Shown here: positions 56,912 to 64,000 of the stretch, one piece after another
How positions within the stretch are numbered: the stretch's first letter is position 1
Layout of the letters: every line of letters begins with the position of its first letter
NCBI GenBank assembly: GCA_027487835.1
Contig: JAIYCU010000012.1
Location: forward strand, 21,718-85,717
Reading direction: 5' to 3'
Length of the DNA: 64,000 bases
Origin: Bacteroidota bacterium
GTDB lineage: Bacteria; Bacteroidota; Bacteroidia; UKL13-3
Notes under the pieces: generated by a model
The model's input: the letters and a program-made list of their open reading frames with translations, nothing else
The model's database searches: none
What the model was told of the DNA's origin: nothing
Translations under genes and position numbers: made by a program

Positions 56912-57727
56912 TTGAAGTTTAATATAGCATTTATGATAAGTAACCATGAAATAGACTTTCGCATTTTTGGAAGTGAAATGCAATGTGTAGAAATTGAATT
57001 AGACCCAAATGAAACCGTAATGGCAGAGCCTGGTTCATTTATGATGATGAATGATGGTGTTCAAATGAATACCATTTTTGGAGATGGCTCTCAACAACAA
57101 AGCGGCATTTTTGGCAAATTAATGTCGGCCGGAAAGCGCTTACTCACCGGCGAAAGCTTATTTATGACGGCTTACACCAATATGGGTTCAGGCAAAAAAA
57201 CAGTAACATTTGCCTCTCCATATCCAGGAAAAATCATTCCCATAGATCTTAGCAAAATGGGAGGCAAAATGACTTGCCAAAAAGATTCATTTTTGTGCGC
57301 AGCCAAAGGAGTTAGTGTAGGCATAGAGTTTCAAAAGAAACTAGGCACTGGCTTATTTGGTGGAGAAGGTTTTATTATGCAAAAACTAGAAGGTGACGGA
57401 ATGGCCTTTGTGCATGCAGGCGGGCATGTTGAGGAAAGAGAATTAATGCCTGGCGAAATATTAAAAGTAGATACAGGTTGTATTGTTGCCTTTACCAAAG
57501 AAATTGATTATGATATTCAATTTGTAGGTGGGATTAAAAACACCTTGTTTGGTGGTGAAGGTGTTTTCTTTGCAACACTAAGAGGGCCAGGAAAAGTATG
57601 GATTCAATCTTTACCAATTAGCAGGTTGGCTGGTAGAATATTGCAATATGGCAGCGTTGGCGGCAGACGTGAAGAAGGCGGAATATTAGGCGGATTAGGA
57701 AATATTTTGGATGGCGATGGGTATTAA
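56912..57727 (+). CDS. AIM24/TIGR00266 (DUF124) family protein
   Basis: 271 aa; characteristic pattern [21 protein letters not shown]...G..M..F and a Gly-rich C-terminal tail. Confidence 0.65.
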   Translation: MKFNIAFMISNHEIDFRIFGSEMQCVEIELDPNETVMAEPGSFMMMNDGVQMNTIFGDGSQQQSGIFGKLMSAGKRLLTGESLFMTAYTNMGSGKKTVTFASPYPGKIIPIDLSKMGGKMTCQKDSFLCAAKGVSVGIEFQKKLGTGLFGGEGFIMQKLEGDGMAFVHAGGHVEERELMPGEILKVDTGCIVAFTKEIDYDIQFVGGIKNTLFGGEGVFFATLRGPGKVWIQSLPISRLAGRILQYGSVGGRREEGGILGGLGNILDGDGY

Positions 57728-58736
57728 AAAAATTGACGTCCATGCGCATATTCTTCCCGAGTTTATGCCCAACCTTAAAGATAGGTATGGCTATGGAAAT
57801 GAGTTTATTTATTTAGACCACTTTCAGCCAGGAAGGGCCAATATGATGAAGGCAGATGGAACTTTTTTTAGAACCATTGATGAACTTTGTTGGAACCCAG
57901 AATCCATTATTGAGCACATGGATAAACATGGGGTTGAACTAATGGCCTTATCTATTGTTCCGGTATTGTTTTATTATTGGGCAAAGCCAGAACATACACA
58001 CGAGTGGGCGCAGTACTATAATAACCATGTTTCTAAAATTCAGGAAACCTACCCCACTCGTTTTGTGGGATTAGGCACCTTGCCCATGCAAGACATTACA
58101 AGAGCCTGTGAAGAATTGTCGCGTTGTAAATATGAGTTGAACCTACCTGGTGTTGAAATTGGAACACATATAGAACATAGAAATTTGGACGATCCTTATT
58201 ACTACCCTTTCTATGAAACTGCAGAGAAGTTGGGCATGTGCATTTTTGTGCATCCTTGGGATATGATGGGGCAAGAAAAAATGCCTAATTACTTTTTACC
58301 TTGGTTGGTGGGAATGCCAGCCGAAACTTCTTTGGCCATTTGCAGCATGATGTTTGGTGGTATCTTTGATAAGTATCCAAAACTAAGGGTATTATTTGCC
58401 CATGGAGGCGGCTGTTTCCCTCAAACAATTGGCAGAATTAGCCATGCTTATCATGCAAGACCAGATTTATGCAATGTTCATAAGGTGGCTGATCCAAGAA
58501 CCTATACCGATAAATTCTATATCGACTCTTTGGTGCACGACGACGAAACCTTTGAATTCTTATTGAAAATGTTTGGGCCAGGAAAAATCGCCATGGGTTC
58601 TGATTTTCCATTTCCATTGGGAGATTTAGAACATGGTAAGTTTATTGAGTTAATGAAAGAGCTTCCAGAGGATACTAAACTAAAATTACTAAGAACTACT
58701 GCACTAGAATGGTTGGGGATTGATGTGGGGGAATAA
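57717..58736 (+). CDS. metal-dependent amidohydrolase (amidohydrolase_2 / ACMSD-like decarboxylase family)
   Basis: [12 protein letters not shown]-terminal metal-binding HxH, internal H and D residues typical of ACMSD-like TIM-barrel hydrolases; ATG 57717 overlaps the last 11 nt of the AIM24 gene. Confidence 0.7.
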   Translation: MGIKKIDVHAHILPEFMPNLKDRYGYGNEFIYLDHFQPGRANMMKADGTFFRTIDELCWNPESIIEHMDKHGVELMALSIVPVLFYYWAKPEHTHEWAQYYNNHVSKIQETYPTRFVGLGTLPMQDITRACEELSRCKYELNLPGVEIGTHIEHRNLDDPYYYPFYETAEKLGMCIFVHPWDMMGQEKMPNYFLPWLVGMPAETSLAICSMMFGGIFDKYPKLRVLFAHGGGCFPQTIGRISHAYHARPDLCNVHKVADPRTYTDKFYIDSLVHDDETFEFLLKMFGPGKIAMGSDFPFPLGDLEHGKFIELMKELPEDTKLKLLRTTALEWLGIDVGE

Positions 58737-58770
58737 GGTGTTTATTTGGAAGTAACCTCAAATTAACCCA

Positions 58771-59097
58771 ATTCATTGAAAGTATTATGAATTTGGTAAT
58801 ACTTTCAACCAAATTCATTAAACGTATCGTGTTTTTGGTAATACTTTCAACCAAAATCATTGAAAGTATTATGTTTTTAGTAATACTTTCAACCAAATTC
58901 ATTGAACGTATCGTGTTTTTGGTGATACATTCAACCAAAATCATTGAACGTATTATGTTTTTAGTGATACTTTTAATCAAAATTATTGAACGTATCGTGT
59001 TTTTGATGATACTTTCAACCAAAATCATTGAACGTATCGTGTTTTTAGTAATACGTTCAACCAAAATCATTGAACGTATTATGTTTTTTGTTGAAGC
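58771..59097. repeat. tandem array of ~7.8 copies of a 41-43-bp hairpin-forming repeat (consensus ATCATTGAACGTATYRTGTTTTTRGTRATACTTTCAACCAAA)
   Basis: units at 58771, 58813, 58856, 58897, 58940, 58982, 59024 and a partial at 59066; each half-unit TTGAAMGTATYR is the inverted complement of the GTAATACKTTCAA half, giving 12-bp stems within and between units. The track ORFs 58696..59070(-) and 58787..59167(+) are repeat artefacts. Confidence 0.9.
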
Positions 59098-59222
59098 TAT
59101 AAACCTTCACTCCAAACTGCCTTTCTCTGCACACAATCGTTCAAACTTTAGCGACTTTGTTTTTTAAATTTAAAATTAAAGCATGATTATTGAAACTATA
59201 AATACATCTAAAATATCTAATT

Positions 59223-60176
59223 ATGAATACACCAGAAAAAATTGAATGCCTAATTGTAGGTTCAGGGCCTGCAGGATATACTGCAGCTATATACGCCGCG
59301 CGTGCCGATATGAAACCAGTTATGTATGCAGGAATGCAACCTGGCGGACAACTTACCATTACTACAGATGTGGAGAATTACCCTGGATATCCTGATGGTA
59401 TCATGGGGCCAGAAATGATGGAACTGTTTCGCAAACAAGCTGAACGCTTTGGAACGGATGTTCGTTATGGTATGATTACCTCGGTTGACTTTAGCGGCAA
59501 ACCTCCCTTTAAATTGATTGCAGATGAAAATCATGAAATTTTGGCCGAGACTGTCATTATTGCAACTGGCGCAAGTGCCAAATGGTTAGGTATTCCTTCA
59601 GAAGAAAAATTAAATGGTCGTGGTGTGAGTGCCTGTGCTGTTTGTGATGGATTTTTCTTTAGAGGTAAAGACGTTGCCATTGTAGGGGCTGGTGATACAG
59701 CTTGTGAAGAAGCTTCATACCTTGCAAAAATTTGTAGCAAAGTATACATGATTGTGAGACGTGATGAGTTTAGAGCTTCTAAAGCTATGCAACATCGCGT
59801 TTTAAATACACCAAATATTGAGGTCATTTTCAACGCAGTTACAGACGAAATCCTTGGAGAAAACGCGGTGGAAGGTGCACGAATTAAAATAGGTTCAAAC
59901 GGAGAAACCAGAACCATTGACGTAAAGGGATTCTTTGTTGCCATTGGCCATCAGCCTAATACAGGTATATTTAAAGATTTTTTAGATATGGATGAAACTG
60001 GATATTTGTTAACTACTCCTGGCACCACTAAAACCAATGTAGAAGGTGTATTTGCTTGTGGCGATGCCCAAGATAAAGTATACAGACAAGCTGTGACAGC
60101 TGCAGGTAGTGGTTGTATGGCTGCATTGGATGCTGAGCGCTATTTAGCCGCTAAACATTCCCCTGTTGAGGCCTAA
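59223..60176 (+). CDS. trxB: thioredoxin-disulfide reductase
   Basis: 317 aa; FAD motif GSGPAGYTAAIY, redox-active CAVCDG, NADPH motif GAGDTACEEA. Confidence 0.9.
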   Translation: MNTPEKIECLIVGSGPAGYTAAIYAARADMKPVMYAGMQPGGQLTITTDVENYPGYPDGIMGPEMMELFRKQAERFGTDVRYGMITSVDFSGKPPFKLIADENHEILAETVIIATGASAKWLGIPSEEKLNGRGVSACAVCDGFFFRGKDVAIVGAGDTACEEASYLAKICSKVYMIVRRDEFRASKAMQHRVLNTPNIEVIFNAVTDEILGENAVEGARIKIGSNGETRTIDVKGFFVAIGHQPNTGIFKDFLDMDETGYLLTTPGTTKTNVEGVFACGDAQDKVYRQAVTAAGSGCMAALDAERYLAAKHSPVEA

Positions 60177-60179
60177 ATT

Positions 60180-60518
60180 ATGAATTGGATCGTTCTTTCT
60201 GAAATGAGTCAATTGGATTATATTGATGAACTCAGTGCAACCAAACCAGTTTTGATATTTAAGCACAGCACACGATGCAGCATTAGTTCTACTGCTCTTT
60301 CTCGGTTTGAAAGAAACTATAATGTTGATGATGAACCCACGATGCTTGCTTACTATTTAGATTTGATAAAATTTCGCAGTATTTCAAATGAAATAGCTAG
60401 TAGGTATCACATTGAACATCAATCGCCACAAGCCTTGCTAATTAAAAATGGCAAATGCGTGCATGATAGTTCACATTTTGAAATCGATTACCAAGAAGTA
60501 ATTCAATTAATGAAATAG
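60180..60518 (+). CDS. ytxJ: YtxJ-like monothiol thioredoxin-fold protein (DUF2847; bacillithiol-system-associated family)
   Basis: 112 aa; LIFKHSTRCSIS monothiol TxCS motif characteristic of YtxJ; 3 nt after the trxB stop. Confidence 0.6.
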   Translation: MNWIVLSEMSQLDYIDELSATKPVLIFKHSTRCSISSTALSRFERNYNVDDEPTMLAYYLDLIKFRSISNEIASRYHIEHQSPQALLIKNGKCVHDSSHFEIDYQEVIQLMK

Positions 60519-60520
60519 AA

Positions 60521-60548
60521 AAAGGGGCCAAATGGCCCCTTTTTTATG
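60521..60548. terminator. bidirectional intrinsic terminator between ytxJ (+) and parC (-)
   Basis: aaaggggcca aa tggcccctttttt. Confidence 0.75.
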
Positions 60549-60568
60549 AATTCAAATTCACTTTAATT

Positions 60569-63271
60569 TTAAAATAATTTGGGTTGATCCGAATCCGGCT
60601 TACCCGTTTTCTTTGATTTGTCAGAAGATTTAGGCTTATCAAATTCTTCTTCGTCTGCCAGTAACTTTTTTATCCGTTCTTCTTCCTGTTGAAACAAATC
60701 TAGGTTAACTGATATTTCTTCTGACTCAATAGATTCTTGAACCTGTTCTTCCATTTCATCTTGCGGATCTGGTGGTAGTAACTCAATTTGGTTCAAATCT
60801 GAACCACAAAACTTATTTCCAATCGCTTTCCATCCTTTTACCTCAATGGCCTCGGCTAAATTGATTTGTTCATCTTTGATTGCCTTCCCTTTGCCTGAAG
60901 AAAGTATGACTACCGGATTTTTAAAATCAGTTGCCAATAAAATATAATTGTCTTTTTCTTCAGGAATACACATAAATTTCTTGTTCATCGTAAGCGTTTC
61001 AATTAAAAATCGCTTTAGATTAAATTGTTTAGCTTTTGCATCAAAATAGACCAAAGTAATGGGTCTACTTGGCTTAAACTTGCTAATGTGCAATAATTGG
61101 TCGGCCTCAAAATGATTAGAGACATCAAAATTAGTTAGCTCATAATTACCATCTTTATAAAGGGAAATAATTTGATCAGCCCCACTAAAGTTTCCAATAA
61201 AATTTCCATGTTGATTTACATTTAGCCTGCCAATAGCTGGGTCGTACCAAATGTCTATGCCCCCTAAAGTTGAAATTCCTTTAGATTTTAGCTTTATTCC
61301 TTTTACCAAATATTTGCTTACAATATTTCCTTGTACACTTCTTCCCTTGATGGCGAGTTCTGTGAAGTCGAAATCAAAACTAAGTTTACGGGCATGGCTT
61401 AAAGGGCTTAGTGTAATGGCAACCACTTCGGCTTCTCCGCTTGGATTGGCAGTAAAGTATAGGATACGTGAGCCAGTTGAGCCTTGGGTCAAATCATATT
61501 CTTTATCTCTTGTAATTCCTGTAACAGGAAAACGCTTTGCATAACTTACTTTGGTTTTACCATCTAAATAAATCATGTTGTAGATTCTACGTTCATCATT
61601 TTTTCTAAAAACATCTACATGTAAGATATCCTTACCCATAAAGGCTTTATCTTGTACTTTACTCACCACCATGGTACCATCTTTTCTAAACACAATGATG
61701 TCATCAATATCTGAGCATTCTGTAACAAAATCATCCTTTTTCAATCCAAAACCAACAAAACCTTCTGCTTTATTTACATAAAGTTTCTGATTAGCAATGG
61801 CAACTTGTTTGGAATCGATATTATCAAAGGTTCTGATTTCTGTGCGTCTTTCTCTGCCTTTACCATATTTTTTAAGTAGATTTTCAAAATATTTAACGGC
61901 ATAAACCCGCAGATTTTCAAGGTTATTTTTAACTTCCTCTAGCTGATTTTCAAGGCCACGCATAATGTCGTCTGCCTTAAAAGAATCATATTTACTAATA
62001 CGTTTAATTTTAATTTCAGTTAAACGTAAAATATCATCCTCTGATAACTCTCTCCTAAATAGCTTTTTAAATTTATTCATACCTTTCCAAATGGTATCAA
62101 TCACTTCTTCAAAGCTTTCACAATCTTCAATGTCTCGATAAATTCTTTTTTCGATAAATATTTTTTCGATGCTGCTATAATGCCATTGTTCTTCAAGTTC
62201 TTTTTGCTTTATCTCAAGCTCTTGTTGCAATAGCTCCTTGGTTTTTTCTGTGGAGATTTTAAGCAATTCATCCACCCCAACAAACATGGGTCGGTTGTCT
62301 ACAATTATGCAAGCATTTGGAGAAATGCTTACTTCGCAATCTGTAAAAGCATACAGCGCATCTATGGTTTTATCAGGGGAAACACCCGCTGTGAGTTGAA
62401 CTTCAATTTCTACCTCTTTCGCGGTATTATCAATTACCTTTTTAATTTTAATTTTTCCAGAATCATTTGCCTTTATGATTGAATCAATCAATTGATTGGT
62501 AGTTACACCAAAGGGTACATCCTTTATAAATAGGGTTTTATTGTCTTTCTCTTCTATTTTAGCCCTGACCCTAATCTTCCCTCCCTTTTTCCCTAAGTTA
62601 TAATTGGTTACATCTACCAATCCTCCTGTTAGAAAATCGGGATATAAATCAAAAGGTTTTCCCTTTAGGTAATCGATGCTAGCCGTTAGTAATTCACAAA
62701 AATTATGTGGCATAACCTTAGTAGCTAAACCTACTGCTATACCTTCAACCCCTTGCGCAAGTAGCAAAGGGAACTTCATTGGCAAAGTAATGGGTTCCTT
62801 TTTTCTGCCATCATAAGAGTTTTGCCAAAAAGTAGTTTGCTTATTAAAGGCAACCTCTAATGCAAATTTAGAAAGCCTTGCTTCAATGTATCTTGGAGCA
62901 GCAGCAGAATCCCCTGTCCTATTATCCCCCCAATTTCCTTGGGTTTCTATTAATAGTTCTTTTTGACCCAAATTAACCATGGCATCTCCAATAGCAGCAT
63001 CTCCATGTGGGTGATATTGCATAGTTTGCCCAATAACATTGGCCACTTTATTAAACCTTCCGTCATCCATTTCCTTCATAGAATGAAGGATTCTACGTTG
63101 CACAGGTTTAAGTCCATCTTCTATAGCTGGAACTGCCCTTTCTAAGATTACATAGGAGGCATAATCTAAAAACCAGTTTTGGTACAAGCCACTTACCTGT
63201 GTAATATGGTATTCTCCTCCAGTTGCATCCGTTTGGCCTTCAGGATTTTCATTAAATTTATTGTCTTCCAT
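60569..63271 (-). CDS. parC: type IIA topoisomerase A subunit, topoisomerase IV ParC-like (900 aa)
   Basis: N-terminal YASYVILERAVPAIEDGLKPVQRRILHSM, catalytic Tyr region, long C-terminal domain ending in an acidic/lysine-rich tail; distinct from gyrA at 16436..18949. Confidence 0.8.
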   Translation of the reverse strand: MEDNKFNENPEGQTDATGGEYHITQVSGLYQNWFLDYASYVILERAVPAIEDGLKPVQRRILHSMKEMDDGRFNKVANVIGQTMQYHPHGDAAIGDAMVNLGQKELLIETQGNWGDNRTGDSAAAPRYIEARLSKFALEVAFNKQTTFWQNSYDGRKKEPITLPMKFPLLLAQGVEGIAVGLATKVMPHNFCELLTASIDYLKGKPFDLYPDFLTGGLVDVTNYNLGKKGGKIRVRAKIEEKDNKTLFIKDVPFGVTTNQLIDSIIKANDSGKIKIKKVIDNTAKEVEIEVQLTAGVSPDKTIDALYAFTDCEVSISPNACIIVDNRPMFVGVDELLKISTEKTKELLQQELEIKQKELEEQWHYSSIEKIFIEKRIYRDIEDCESFEEVIDTIWKGMNKFKKLFRRELSEDDILRLTEIKIKRISKYDSFKADDIMRGLENQLEEVKNNLENLRVYAVKYFENLLKKYGKGRERRTEIRTFDNIDSKQVAIANQKLYVNKAEGFVGFGLKKDDFVTECSDIDDIIVFRKDGTMVVSKVQDKAFMGKDILHVDVFRKNDERRIYNMIYLDGKTKVSYAKRFPVTGITRDKEYDLTQGSTGSRILYFTANPSGEAEVVAITLSPLSHARKLSFDFDFTELAIKGRSVQGNIVSKYLVKGIKLKSKGISTLGGIDIWYDPAIGRLNVNQHGNFIGNFSGADQIISLYKDGNYELTNFDVSNHFEADQLLHISKFKPSRPITLVYFDAKAKQFNLKRFLIETLTMNKKFMCIPEEKDNYILLATDFKNPVVILSSGKGKAIKDEQINLAEAIEVKGWKAIGNKFCGSDLNQIELLPPDPQDEMEEQVQESIESEEISVNLDLFQQEEERIKKLLADEEEFDKPKSSDKSKKTGKPDSDQPKLF

Positions 63272-63372
63272 TTCACTATTTCACTCGAACACAAATTTAT
63301 TTATAAATACCAAGAGACTATCCACAAATTCAAGTGGAAATTTGAAAAAATTTATAATTTTGAAAAAAACGC

Positions 63373-63822
63373 ATGAAAACAGCCACTAATGTCGACCAAT
63401 ATGTTGAATCTTTAACCGAAGACCGAAGATTTGCCATTGAAAAATTAAGAGAAATTTGTAAAGCAGCCCTTCCAGATGCCCAAGAATGTATAAGCTATGG
63501 GATGATAGGATATGTGGTACCCTTTTCTAGATACCCAGATGGCTACCATTGCGATACTTCATTGCCTTTGCCTTTTGTGGGTTTAGCCTCCCAAAAAAGT
63601 CATATTGCCTTGTATCACATGGGGGTTTATGCTAAGCCAGAACTTTTAAGTTGGTTCGAAACAGAATTTCCAAAGCATTCTAAGCGCAAATTGGACATGG
63701 GTAAGAGTTGCATTCGGTTCAAAAAACCTGAAGAAATTCCTTTTGATTTTATGTCGGAGTTCCTAAAAAAAATGTCAGTTAAGGAATGGATCGAAATCTA
63801 TGAGGCAAACTATAAGAAATAA
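63373..63822 (+). CDS. DUF1801 (YdhG/YdeI-like) domain protein
   Basis: 149 aa; pattern DQYVESLTEDRRFAIEKLREI...ECISYGMIGY typical of DUF1801. Confidence 0.5.
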   Translation: MKTATNVDQYVESLTEDRRFAIEKLREICKAALPDAQECISYGMIGYVVPFSRYPDGYHCDTSLPLPFVGLASQKSHIALYHMGVYAKPELLSWFETEFPKHSKRKLDMGKSCIRFKKPEEIPFDFMSEFLKKMSVKEWIEIYEANYKK

Positions 63823-64000
63823 CTATCTCAACAAAAATCTTTTATAGGTTATTCCATAACCAGTAAAGGATCCAATGGCACCAGTTATATTTGATTTTAC
63901 AGCAACTGGGGTTGAAAATGGTCCGCCATTATTTGCAGCATTTCTAAAAGAATCCCAAAATAAATACTCTTGACGACCAATTTCGGCCATGTAAATATGC
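63823..64000 (-). CDS. partial CDS (C-terminal ~58 aa in window; gene begins beyond 64000), unknown function
   Basis: minus-strand frame ...HIYMAEIGRQEYLFWDSFRNAANNGGPFSTPVAVKSNITGAIGSFTGYGITYKRFLLR then TAG (63823-25). Confidence 0.3.
   Translation of the reverse strand, partial: HIYMAEIGRQEYLFWDSFRNAANNGGPFSTPVAVKSNITGAIGSFTGYGITYKRFLLR

Noticed and set aside
58771-59097. CRISPR array hypothesis for the tandem repeats
   Set aside because: There are no unique spacers between repeats, since the entire array is repeat sequence. No cas genes or leader are present, and the repeat units are palindromic hairpins joined head to tail.
58696-59167. Track ORFs 58696..59070(-) and 58787..59167(+) with internally repetitive peptides (ILSTKIIERIVFLV...)
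   Set aside because: They are translations of the 42-bp tandem repeat array. The periodic peptide sequence mirrors the DNA period, and no start or RBS context exists. They are repeat artefacts, not genes.
1-64000. Mobile element, prophage or defence island content
   Set aside because: No integrase, transposase, IS terminal inverted repeats, phage structural genes, restriction-modification, toxin-antitoxin or cas genes were recognised. The tRNA-Leu at 37103 is not flanked by an integrase or direct repeats.

Overview
This is an AT-rich (roughly 35-37% GC by eye) chromosomal segment with Bacteroidota hallmarks: a T9SS C-terminal sorting domain, SusC-like TonB-dependent receptors (TBDRs), frequent TTG/GTG starts and many lipoproteins. 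I support about 55 protein genes, one tRNA-Leu(GAG) and several intrinsic terminators. Housekeeping genes include gyrA, a ParE-like topoisomerase B subunit, a ParC-like A subunit, recQ, an Lhr-core helicase, trpS, ftsE, trxB, fdhD and an SRAP peptidase. A LacI-regulated TBDR/SSS-symporter/glycoside-hydrolase/fructokinase operon is present. Secreted metallopeptidases of families M16, M1 (T9SS-sorted), M13 and M48 occur. A speA-like arginine decarboxylase sits beside an arginase-family ureohydrolase. A flotillin-NfeD pair lies next to a translationally coupled MtfA-like (M90) peptidase-SRAP pair. A TBDR-HTTM-imelysin-lipoprotein cluster looks like an uncharacterised iron-uptake module. No transposase, integrase, CRISPR-cas, restriction-modification or toxin-antitoxin gene was recognised, so this looks like core genome rather than a mobile island. 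The most unusual signals are at DNA level. (1) A quasi-palindromic motif CGGTTTGAACC(R) and its reverse complement occurs at least 13 times exactly, plus about a dozen one-mismatch variants. It lies in coding and non-coding DNA on both strands, like an uptake-sequence or HIP1-type iterated motif. (2) An array of about 8 tandem 42-bp hairpin-forming repeats lies immediately upstream of trxB. (3) Seven ACAWWTGT palindromes fall in one 220-bp divergent promoter region. (4) An 18-20 nt poly(T/A) tract sits inside the 3' end of a secreted-protein gene and encodes a poly-Lys tail.
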